DNA of 64,000 nucleotides from assembly GCF_006345805.1 (NCBI RefSeq), contig NC_043003.1:27590001-27654000 (forward strand), in the 5' to 3' direction. The stretch comes from Octopus sinensis. Taxonomy: Eukaryota. The position numbers and the translations under genes are program-made. Positions within the stretch are counted from its first letter, which is position 1. Each line of letters opens with the position of its first letter. Of this stretch, positions 25,312 to 37,986 are shown piece by piece. The notes under the pieces are model-generated. The model searched no databases and had not been told where the DNA came from. It saw only the letters and a list, made by a program, of their open reading frames with translations.

Positions 25312-27044
25312 CCTTTCTACTATAGGCACAAGGCCTAAAATTATGGGGGAGGGGAAAAGTCAATCACACCAACCCCAGTACTTGACTGGTATATAATTTA
25401 TTGACCCTGAAAGGATGAAAATCAAAGCTGACTTTGGTTGAATTTGATTAATAATGATAATAAAAATAATTTTGGCACAGGGCCTGCAGTTTTTAGGAAT
25501 GCGGGGGTGGTTGTGCGTAAGTTCATTCCATCGATCCTAGTCCTTAACTGATACTTTATTTTGCTGACCCTGAAGGGACGAAAAGCAAGTTGACTCAGTG
25601 GGACTTGAGTTCAGCATATATAGTGCCACAAAGCATGTTGTAGCTTACCCTCTTACATAATAATAATAATAATAGTAATAATAACAATAACAATAACTGC
25701 AGCAATTCATTTAAGATATCTAGTGTCCTACTTAATACTCAGTTCAGTCAAGTACATGTACATAATAGTTGTATAAGTTAGTAGCAAACACACAGCTATA
25801 TAGTCAGTCTTTTGGTGGTTAAGGTCAACCAAGCACATTAACTTTTAAAATCTATCTCAAGGCTAAGAGCCCATTAGGCTGGCGCTTATTGCAGTTTCTG
25901 TGGTATTTAAGTGACTGAGAGTAGTCCCAGATGCCCACTACAACCTTAAAAAGGACAACTGTCCTTTGCAAGGATAATCTCAATCTTACCCATTGCTGCT
26001 GTTCCTAGTACTCATTTTTAGCTGAGTGGATTGAAACAATGTTAAATGAAGTGTCTTGCTCAAGGATGTAATGTACCACTTGGCCCAGGAATTAAACACA
26101 TAACTTAACTATTATGAACACCATACCCAATATACTACATGCCTTCACAACTAATTATACTAGATGGTTTTAATTAACACATTAACCACCACATATGCAT
26201 CACTGGTTGTTCATCACAAACTTCACACAACCACCATATGCATTTTCGTAATTTGAGAAAATATTTTATTCCGTATCTCTGACATGGTTCTGAGGATATC
26301 TAAATAACATGAGAGCTAAATATTAAAGATTAATTATGAAATATTGTAGAAATGCAAAAAAAAAAAAATTAATTAAATTTCCTTGTAATTAAACAGTATA
26401 CAGTGTGACCACATGAAATACGTGGCTTTACCAGTAAGTTCCAGTAACAGGCTGTGGTGGTTAACGTGTTAAATTTCTATCAACCATTTGTGAAAACTTA
26501 CTGAGATCTAAGAAGAATGGACATAGAGATTGAATTAAATCTTTTAGAAGTAACTGACCCTTTTGATACCAACCGCCTGAAACTATGGTTCTATGATACA
26601 AATCCTCCATTTTAAATCGCCTAAATTAAAAGTTTACTTCAAAATTTCAAATATCAGCTTAATGAGTCATTTTGCTAAATACATCACCATTTTCAAAATT
26701 AACTGAAATAAATGTATTTCAATAGAAATACAATAATAAAAGAGTTGAAGGAAATCAACTAGGTTTGTTCATCAAGTTGTTAAGGTGAAGGTAGGTTTAT
26801 CAGTATAGTTTGTGTCCCAGTTACCTGTACTCCATGCTGTCTTAAAGCATGGGTGCACTGGGCAGTTGTCTAGGGACCCAGAAGATCTAGTGGCCCAATG
26901 CGAATCTATATATGCTATGACATGCTGTCAATAAATAATAATAGAGGCCCTTATGCATTGCTTTGAGCAGGATCCACTCTCAGGTCCTTGTGATGAATGT
27001 ACTCCTTAATTCTCAGATGACTATTGTTAATTTAGCAATAAATA

Positions 27045-27270
27045 GATAGATTAGTTGTCGGAGCACTGCATCCTTCAAAACTTCCATGCTTTCTGAGATT
27101 CGCCAACACTACACCTGATTTTCTCCCCTCCATACACACACAAGCATGTATCTGACTCATGCATTGTTCGCTTTCCAGACATTTGTACATTACTGCATAT
27201 ACTCTATATGCACTTTCCGACAAGTTGTGGTGCACCTGAGCACTGTATACAATAATTTTATTATTATTAT
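27045..27270 (+). mobile_element. CR1-type LINE 3' end, same family as 13660-13895
   Basis: Shared actgcatcctt...gattcgcc...actacacctga and gtgcacctgagcactgtatacaat. Confidence 0.75.
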
Positions 27271-27384
27271 AATATGGTGGTAGTGGTGGTGGTAAATATT
27301 GTTGTTATTTATGTTAGGCATAAATGAATAGACCCCTGATCAAGGACATTCCAGCCATGACCATGTGAAAGACATTGATATCAG

Positions 27385-27680
27385 TCCCCACTCTCTGTCT
27401 CTCTTTACAGATGACAGTGAGATAATCACTTGTTAGATATACTAACTTCTCTCTATCCCTCTCTACCTTAAATAACCCAATTACAAGAGATGGTCATTTG
27501 CCAGTCCTACTAATCTCTCTATCTCATTTTCTTGCACTTTAGATGACTGTAAGATGATCACTTGTCAGATATACTAACCTCTCTCTCCTTCTTTCCCTCC
27601 ACTGTCTCTATACTGTAGGTGACACCATCTCAAGAGATGGTAACTTGTTAGTCCTATTACTTTGTTATCTCTCTTTCAAC
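27385..27680 (+). repeat. Degenerate minisatellite (acagatgac...caagagatggt.acttgt.agtcctactaatctctct)
   Basis: 3-4 diverged units seen. Confidence 0.7.
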
Positions 27681-30645
27681 CACTTGTTCAAGGATACATT
27701 TGACAAGATAACTCTTCTGGACACATATCTGGCCTGGCAGTTAGAGCATTGAGATCATCATCATAAGGTCATGGGTTCAATTCCTGGAAAAGCATTGTGT
27801 CTGCAAACAAAACACAGCATTTCATATTGCTCCAGTTTATTCAGCTGAAAATAATTACCAGCCAAATCCTAGTGCATCCTTTTCATTCCTCTAGCTTTCA
27901 CATCATTAATGTTTTATTAGATCAAGGTAGGGAAGACTGAGAGGGGATCTATGTCTGCTCATATCTAAATAATCACCTTAAAACAATTAGCAACAGTATA
28001 GTAAAATCTACTAGGTTATATTCACTTGTGTGTAATGGCTAAGCTATTTTAAGCCATGTTTGATGAAGATTGAGCTGCTTATTTTAGCATGTCTAGTGGC
28101 TGCTGAGTTCCACAGTTCTCAAAAGATGGGTTATAAGGGCAAGTATTTTGTAACAAATAGTTTCAGACTGTTATGGAAATGAGTGTCAAACCTCTTCAGG
28201 TGGACATGCTAATCAATAATTGCATTTTGTTTTGAGATCTCACAGCAAGGTAAACTGGTGCAAGTGGAATTAAGTAGAAAAAAAAATATCTATTGAAGAC
28301 TTTGAACTCAGAACCCATGAACTGGGAATCAAATACTAAATCATCTTGGCCAGTTTAGTCTAGATATCTAGAATTGAGAGACAGAGAGAGAAAATACAAA
28401 AGCTTAAGAGAAAGGGTGAAAGCACGAAAGACATAACAGAGAGAGAGGAGAGAGAGAGACTAACCAAATTTGCTGTGATGAAGGCTAATTTTGTTATTTA
28501 ATCTGTTTATCATTTAATCTATTTACTATCATATATAAGTATGTGAGTGTATGTATGCTGATGTTTGAGGATTAAATCACTAGATAGACATTGGTAATAA
28601 CTGTGATAAGTAGAGGTGCTGGTGGTTGGCAAGGTATTACCAAAATTACTTTGCTCTTGGCTTACACATCTGGTCGACTTATATTCCTTTAGGGACACCT
28701 AGCATAACTTCACCCCAGCCAACCAGCGAGCCTGTACATAATCACTTAACCTACCAATAATAGCCACTTCAAATTGCACCTGACTTTCTTTTAAAAAAAC
28801 GACACATTATAACATAGTTTTAATATGCAGCATCTGAAAATGAAAAGACAGGTTGGTCATGGCCAGAAAACCTTCCATCACAATTCCACTCAATCAGAAC
28901 TGACTTGGAGTTAAACAATACTGCTACTCAAGCCAAAGAATATTCAACAGTGACTACCTTAGAAGTCATCAAGCACCAATTCTGTGGTACTCATTTTTTT
29001 TTGTAAGTTATAATTTAATTAGAGGGGGAAGGGGCAGTGCCTACAGTCTTTGCAGCAAGCCATTCTCTAGAATGGTGAGACTGATTTGGCTGATGCCAAG
29101 TTTGAAAAACTGTTAGTCAATATCTACAGGAAAAAAACAAAAACATAAATAGGAAGTGAATAGAGACCTAATTCCCAGTTTCTCTGACATATAAAGATCT
29201 AACCCAAACAGACAATCAAAAAAAAATCATCTGTGGGGTATCCATTAATCCTTCTATGAAAATTTTCATTGGAGTATTTCATAGTTGTGACATATCGAAA
29301 TTAGCTGTGGGTGCTTAAGGATAGACAGATACTCAGTAATCATTCATACTTATTATTGGCATTGAGTGAGGAACCACATGTGATCATGTCTTGTATGAAT
29401 TTGGGGGCTTGCCTGGATATAGGTATGTTCAGGTTGGACTTATAATGGAGATAAGAGCAGTGCCCATGACCCTTTATAGGGTCCCTGAGACAGGTGAGAG
29501 ACAAAGAGGAAGGTATTTTCAAACCAGAGACTTGAACCAAATGCCAGCAACAGAGTGGATTCCACTTAAGGCATCCAAGCTATAAGTTTGGTTAGTCCAC
29601 ATTACTCAGTAACAAAAAAGGACCAGTTCCTCTGACATATATGTATTCCTCCCTGGATGGGACACCAGTCCATCACAGGATTATTCTTTTTTACCAGCTG
29701 AGTGGACTAATGTGAAATGAAGTGTTTTGCTCAAGAACACAATGCATCGCTGACCCAGGAATCCAAACCACAAGCTTACGATCATAAGTCCAACATCCTA
29801 ACCACTAAGCCATGCAACTTCACCAGGCTATAAGGTGGTGGTGTTAAACTGAGATATGGATTAAATCTAATCACCCAATTACACTACGGCAGGATTTGAA
29901 CTTGGAATGCAAAGAGAAGGAACAAATATTGCAAGGAATCTAGTCTGATGTTCTTACAGTTCTGCTAATCTACTACCCTATATTAGTACTTTCTTCTTTA
30001 TCAACCCCAAAAGGATGCAAGGCAAAGTTGATCTTGGTGGAATTGGATTTAGGGACTTATTTTTATATGGGTTTTGCATGAAATGAAAGAGAAAATACTA
30101 AGTTGTAGGGAAGGTTCATTAATTTCATAGTAACTGTGTACTTTGTATGTTGTTGATGTTTCTATATATGATAGAGGGTTTCGACATATAGTTAATGTAA
30201 TAAATAGGTTGGTTTCCAGTGTTTCATTGATTTCTTCAGAACTCAATATATTTTACAGACAGTAGTGATTGACAGTAAAATATAGGAACCCGTGGATAAC
30301 AGTAGTGGCCAGTAGATATTGGTGGACATCTGTATGGAACAGTTAGTAGATCTCTGTACAAGAGATGAGATATTGATAGACAAGTGTATGAGTGTGGGGA
30401 AGAGAAGTAGATAGATGTGAGCTGTGTGGATGAGGTGGGAATACAGTTGAATAGGAATGGGAGTAGAGAGATATATGCGAGTGGGGTGAGGCACCAAATG
30501 TGTGGGTTCCTTATTGGTGGGATGAATGCAGTCAGAAAATATTGTATACCAGCCAATGAAGGTCAGTAAATTCTGATTAATGGACAAGAGATACCATTAT
30601 AGGGACAGGACCCCAAAACCAATATATGTTTGTTGATGTACTCAC

Positions 30646-30780
30646 CTCGCAAGTTTTGGTTTTCTTTATTCATTCGAATTAAAAGCAGAGTTTCTTGAAT
30701 GGCTTTCCTCCAGCGAGCTCGGGCATCCATTGTTGGTCGACAACTGATCGCCTCTTGTGATGGAGAGTCATCTAAGCTAT
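30646..30780 (-). CDS. TBC1D1: Exon I (135 nt, phase 1-1): (Y)[44 protein letters not shown]
   Basis: Acceptor ctctctgtctattacag, donor GTGAGT; resembles human LWQKAILQQILLLRMEKENQKL; the exact acceptor could lie 9 nt further in. Confidence 0.9.
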
Positions 30781-32849
30781 CTGTAATAGACAGAGAGGGA
30801 AAGAGATTAGTAGGACCAATAAGTAACCATCTCATATTGGATAATGTAGTCCTAGATACAATGTCAGAAGGACACATCAGATAATGTAGTCCTAGATATA
30901 CTGTTGAGGTATGTGGATATTCTGTACCTGGTATGCAGATATTTTGAAAATGCCTTATGAAGTGACAACCACGCCCTGCATCATTAAGGGCTATTCTTAG
31001 GTAAGGTGTAACACCCATTCAGTTAGGCTTAATGATAATAACAATGTAGAGGATTCATTGGACACAGTGTGTCCGATGAATCCTGTACATCCGACTAATT
31101 GGAAAATGCTCTGCTTTCCAGCCTGCATTTTATATTACTTCTTCCTTGTTCATACCGCAGTCAGTATTACATCCCTAATTTTCTATTTATACTATAGGAA
31201 ATATAATATTCCTAACCTCCCAGTTCACACCATAGTCAATATAACTAATGCCTCAGTCACACTATAGTCAATATAATATCCTTAATCCCCTGCTCACACT
31301 ATAGATATATTACTAACCCCTACCTACACCAAAGTCAATGAGACCCATAACCCTCTGTTTACATCCTAGTCAATATAATATCCCTAACCCTCTGTTCACA
31401 TCATAGTCAATATATATATCCCTAACCCTTTGTTCACACTATAGTTGACATGATGTCCCTAGCCCCCTGTTCACACCATAGTCCATATGATATCACTAAC
31501 CCCTTGTTCACTCTATAGTCGATATGTTATCACTAGCCCCTTATTTACGCCATAGTCAATGACATCCCTCACTACCTGTTCACATCATCATCGATATGAT
31601 ATCCCTAACTTCCAGTTCACACTATAGTCAATATACCCCTACTACTACCATCACCGCAATCATAAGCAAAACATCACTTAACCTCCTACCACAGTCAATG
31701 CTATCCATAACCCCCTGTTTACACCATAGTCAATATATTTCTATCCATAGCCACTAATGTATCACTAGACATAGTTACTAAACTACCACTAGCCCTACAT
31801 ACAATATTAAATACAATATGAAAGTAATAGAACTCATCAACAACAGGCAGCAAGCCAATCCTTGAACAATATGAAAAAAAAAAAAAAATTAAAAGATTGA
31901 GCTAAGGACAATAATTCAAACAAACCAAGTATGCATGTTATTCCAGCTCTTAGCTCAATTTATATATTTTTATTGTTGAAGTATTGCCTTATGGAAATAA
32001 CAAATGTAGAAAGATTTTAATGAATTGAAATCCTCCTTTTAAGTGGATTAAAAAATAATGCCTAAAAATATTCCCAGCATGTTAATGACACACAAAGGAA
32101 AAGGGAGATAATTTCAATAAATTGATTAAAAAAACAAATAAATCAGAAATTTAGTTTACGTGCTTTTGTTATAATAGTAATAATAACATTACTCACCCCC
32201 TTTTTCACACCCTTGATACACAGCTAATACCAAACCCACTTACAGTACTAATTATGTTACCAAGATAACAGAATCTATTTACTACAGCCAGTAAGAAAGC
32301 CATTCCTTAAATAATTAGATTGCTATTATGTGGTTAAAAAGCTAAATTAACAGTAGCCACTGCTACTACTACCATCATCGCAATCATAAGCAAAACATCA
32401 CTTAACCTCCTACCACAATATCCCCCCTCCCACCACTTTTTGAAAATGATAAGGAATAGTTTGAGGCAGGTTTCTGCTAAATTTAGCTGGTCAAGCAATT
32501 GTGTACAGACCCTTAATTTGCTCCTGACTATTCTATAGACATAGCTTTAGTCATAAGCCAATGAGGAAGATTATGTAGTAGTAGCATGATCTGCTAGAAA
32601 TAGGCACAAAATCTCTAGATAATGCCCTGCCTTCTTAATGAAGGAAAGACCCAATACTGGATAGTGTATTTCTAGATATCCTAGGTTTGAATAGGCATAG
32701 GAGTGGCTTGCTTATGAACCACATGGTTCCAGGTTCAGTCCCACTGCGTGACACCTTGGGCAAGTGTCTTCTTCTATAGCCTCGGGCTGACCAAAGCCTT
32801 GTGAGTGGAATTGGTAGACAGAAACTGAAAGAAGCCCGTTGAATAAATG

Positions 32850-32911
<62 letters not shown>

Positions 32912-33547
32912 TATGTATGCGAGTGTGTGTGTTTATGTGTCTGTGTTTGTCTCCCCAACATCGCTTGACAACCGATGCTGGTGTGTTTAAGTCCCCGTAA
33001 CTTAGCGGTTCAGTAAAAGAGACTGATAGAATAAGTAGTAGACTTACAAAGAATAAGTCCTGGGGTTGATTTGCTGAACTAAAGGCGGTGTTTCAGCATG
33101 GCCACAGTCAAATGACTGAAACAAGTAAAAGAGTAATGGTCATAGCAGAAACATCTTTGATCATAAGTCTGCTCAGTTAAGGCTAATTGGGACTAAATGG
33201 CAACAACCTGCCACCATGTCAAACGTAAAGGGAAGCATGGGAGAGATTTTATTATATGAGGGTTAAAAGGAGATAAGTAAATTGATAAGTTACTTACAAG
33301 GACGTGTACTGTCGGCTGGTGTGACAACTCGGTTAAAAATAGCATGTCGCCAGGATCCTCTGCGTGTCGGCGTTGCCATAACGGAACTTTGGTCATCAAA
33401 GGATGAACAAACTGAAGACGAAGCGCTCTCAGGGGACAGCTGAGCCATACTACTGCCAGAGATGAGAAACCTAGAGAAAATAGAGAAATCATAGCTGACA
33501 TGATGACATGGTGTTTATATATAGGAGATAAGGAGGGAATGAAAAAG

Positions 33548-33587
<40 letters not shown>

Positions 33588-36500
33588 GTGAGAGAGAGAG
33601 ATAGATAGAGAGACAAAGATAATGACATATATTAAAAGATAACAGAGAGAGAAAATTATGAAATGAGAGAAAGGAGGGAATAAGGAACGACTGTGTGTGG
33701 GAGTTATAGAAAATGTTTGTAAAGTGGAAAGAGGAAGGAGAGAGAAACCAAGAAAGTTTGCAAATGGAAAAATTTGCTGGATTGATAGACAAAAAATGTT
33801 GTCTAATTAACTGGCAACAAGAATGTTCTCTGATCAACAGGCATCAAAAAGTTCCTTGACTAACTAGCATTAAAAATGTTAGCCTAACATGCAACAAAAA
33901 AGTTGCAAGTGAACAAACCTGCAAAATGTTGCTAGGTTAAACAAGCAGCAAAAATGTTAATGTAACAAGTTTGGAGGAGAGGAGGAAACAAAATTGTAGC
34001 TAAGAGGATTGAAGAGAATATTGCTGGTAACCCAAAAGATTGGAGGGATGGTGGGTACTGTTGCTAATTCAATATACTGAAAAATACAAAGCTAAGCCAA
34101 ACAATGAAAGGCATTGCTGATAATACAAAAACCCCAAAATATTGTTGCTAATAAAAAAAAAAGCTGCTAACAAACATCATTGCTAATCCAAAGAACTGTT
34201 AAACACTGCTAAGATTAAAAAAAAAAAAAATGCTGATAATACAAAAAATTGAAAAGCATTGTTGCTAATGCAAAAAGTTGCAAAACAATTCAAAAGAATG
34301 AAAAAAAACATTGTTCAACCAAAATATTGAAACATATTGTAACTAAACCAGTTATAAAACTAAACATTGAAGCAACAGAAAAGATGGCAAGTTCAAGAAG
34401 CCACTCCAAGAGGCAGATCTATAATGTCCTCCAGTCTTTATGTTTATTATGACATTGATACAGATTGTGTTTACTTCATCAAAGGAAGATGAATTGAAGT
34501 ACTTTGATGTTGAACTCTTCAAACTCATGGAAGAATATGAACTTAACAGTGGAAGATTATGGAAGCCTCATTGATCACACAGTGACTCTTTCCTTCCCAA
34601 TAAATTGCTAACTCTTGGCATGGTACCTATTTGACTGCCAAGTAGACTAAGCCATCGAGAGTTCTGTGTTGTTCTTTAGTCCAAGGTCAACATAGGTTGA
34701 ACAAATCTATGACTAAAATATTCCAGCTATGAATATCTAAGGCTGCTTTATTTAATGTATCCTTCCTTGTTTAAGACGGCAGAGTTTAGTTTGGAGTAAA
34801 TTTAGTAGTTATTTCTAGCAAGTTGAATGACTATATAGGAATTCTCTTATTGACTTTAATGTTGTTATTTAGACCCTGTTCAAAAGTGTTTGAAGCAAGC
34901 AATGATCAGAAGAGTTTCCACTGTAGCTACCCAGATGTGAGGGAGATTTGGTTGCTATTTCTACAGATACTTTGATGTTGATATTCCCAGAGAATCCCAA
35001 GACAGTCTGAATGGTAGAAGCATTCAGTCTGTGGTCTAATATAGCAACCCAATCAAGTGAAAGATTTGTAACCATTTGATTTGTTAGAAATAGGAGTCAA
35101 ATTTTCTTCAAATAATACTCTGCCATCTTAGGAAAAATTTAAGGACACATAAGAATAATATAGTTTTAGATACATTTAAAACACAGGACGGTCATGGTTC
35201 GAATGCCTTTGATGATAGGCTTGATCAGTAGAAGCTGACTTGGGGAAAACAAGAATAATAACTGCAAATAAGTATCAAATGGTTAAACAGAACTATGCCA
35301 ATGAATCCAAGTTGGTTGACTGTGATAAAGTATATTGTTTCATGGTACATGGGACCTATTTTACAACTAGACTGACTGAGCCATCCATAGCTGGATGTTT
35401 TTTCTCTAGATACTGCAGTGACTGGTGCTAACCAAAGCACCTCCTCAGCCCAAGAAACACTAAAGAAATGTTATTGAGACACATTGTCAGAGACAGGATA
35501 CTGTCTCAAGACAGAAAGAATAAAATTTAAGTCTTTAATCTTTTGACTCCAAACTGTCCATATTCTATTGCTTATATTTAAATTAAAACTTCCCATCATA
35601 TTCTTATATAAGAACTCATTGTTCAGTTAGATTCCAAATACTGAGTTACTGATAATTTCTTACAAAGGCATATGGCCAGAAATTTAAGGAGTAAAGAGAA
35701 CAGTTCATTACATCAACTCCTATACTTGACTGATATCCTATTTTATCAACCACTACAAAAGGATAAAACGCAAAATTGATCTTGGCAGAATTTGAACTCA
35801 GAGCATAAAGAGTCAGAACAAATACTGCAAGATATTTAAAAAAAAAAAATTTTATGCTTTAATGATTCTGCTAATCCAAGCCTGCTCTTAAAATATCAGT
35901 TAATTATTTATTAAATCCTAGCTAATACTTGATTATTTTCAAAATTGATTATACATACAGGCAGTGCTCTCTTAAGGCATAGATAAAATGGTCAGTTACT
36001 AGATGGGGAGGGATTTTGCATGTATAGGACCCATGGGTACAGTGATAAGTTACCTGGGAAACCCCTGTTATGTCTAGCAGCTAATGGGTAGTGATCAGTT
36101 ACCCTGTAGAAACATGTCTAGGGGATCAAGAAAACCATGTCTAGGGGCCCATGAGTACAGACAGTGGTCAGTTACTTGGGGAAATCCAGACATTTTTAAG
36201 GGTTCATGGACACAGGTATCAGTTAACTGAGGAAACCCTCATGTGTCAAGGAGCCCAATGCTAACATTTGCATACAAGGGTTGTGTATGTAGGGACTCAA
36301 TGGGCATTGCTTTTTCTGGGCAGGGGAAGGTATAATGCTATTTATAGAACCCTGTATATATAGGCAGTGTATTCTACTGGAAATACGGTAATGAAAGGGT
36401 TAAACCTATAGCTGATTGGTTAACTGAGATAGTTGTTTTTTGGGGGATGCACCAATTTGTTTACTGGTTTCATTGGATTGTGGCCATACTGGGGCACTGC

Positions 36501-37771
36501 ACTGAGGGAGTTTAGTTGAACAAATTGATTCTAGCACTCATTTTTTAAATATGGCACCCATTTTCTCAGTCTCTTTTGCTGAACTGTTAGGTTACATTGA
36601 TGTAAACAAACCAACACACACACACACACACAAGGATTCCACAAATTTTTGGTCAAACAAATTAACTTCCAAGGCATTGGTCATCCTAGAGCTATAGTAG
36701 AAGACACTTGCCCTAAGGTGCTGTGCAGTGGGACTGAACTTGAAACCCCATGGTTGTGAAGCAAGCCTCTTAACCACACAGCCATGCCTGTGCCTAGTTG
36801 TATTTCTGTGATAGCAACAGGGGGATATTGAGAATTTCAGGTAGTTACAATACAATTTAAGTGGATGAAATGTCCAAATGTCGGTTGCGAAACTTAAACC
36901 CTGCCAAATTAACTTATTAACAAGGTAACAAGTTAATGAGAAAGCTCCTTCCAAGGTCGATTGAATTGCTAGAAATAGAAGCCAAATTTCTCTCAAATCA
37001 CATCCTACTGTCATTGATTTAAACAGACATAAGAATGGATGGAATATCAGTATTATTTTAGGGTCCAAGCTAGTTAGACAGTTCTCTGTGTGATTAGTTG
37101 AAATGCTAGAAATAGAAGCCAAATCTCTCTCAAAACACACTCTACCATTGTGGATACAGACAGACAAAACTAAGAATGGAAGAAGTAATCAATTTTTCAG
37201 ACGAGGGACCAAAATCCTGTCCAAATTAACTAACTAGGAAGGTAATAAGCCAATGAGAGAGCTCTTCTTGCAAGGAACTTAAATGCTAGAAATAGCAATC
37301 AAATCTCTCTCAAATCACATCCTACCTGCATGGATCCAGACGGACAGACAGACAGACGGAAGACTGTAAAAATGGACAGTGTGTTGAAATGTCAGCTTAT
37401 ATGGACTGGCATCTTCCACCAAATCAACTAGCAGAGATAGTTATGAGGTAGGAATGTACCTATGTTAGTAGTCCCAGCTGGATGGCTGTACTAGCAACAA
37501 CAAAGATACAAAGACGTCACTGGTGATGTCAATAATAATTCCAGACAGTCTCAAGTTGGTCTGAATGGGTTTACTTGTGTGAGCAGTTAGACAGAAAACA
37601 ACAAGCATTCATTAAAGAGGCTGAGCATCACCAATACGCTCTCTCCCTGAATGTCCTTGACAACACAGTACATAACAGAAATTAAAGTCGTTGCCTAATA
37701 AGGAGATGACACGGCTCAAGGAAAGGTGGATGTGGGGGGAGAAGGGGGAGATACAGATAGATAAATAGTAC

Positions 37772-37802
<31 letters not shown>

Positions 37803-37849
37803 CATACATACATATACATACATATATATATACATACATATATATACAT

Positions 37850-37898
<49 letters not shown>

Positions 37899-37953
37899 CA
37901 TACATATATATATATATATACATACATATATATATATATATATACATACATAC

Positions 37954-37986
<33 letters not shown>

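Noticed and set aside
30563-31018. 151-aa minus ORF as a standalone gene
   Set aside because: Read-through of exon I into intron on both sides; splice sites delimit 30646-30780
31201-31740. CRISPR-like periodic array (also 36950-37325)
   Set aside because: Units are contiguous and diverged with no unique spacers; eukaryotic context and no cas genes
33193-33837. 214-aa minus ORF in the track
   Set aside because: It is a different frame of exon H joined to GA/TA repeats; the true exon frame reads FLISGSS...GSWRHAIF
34445-34575. Protein-like frame [41 protein letters not shown]
   Set aside because: Only about 40 codons, no convincing splice sites or recognisable family; probably a decayed element or chance
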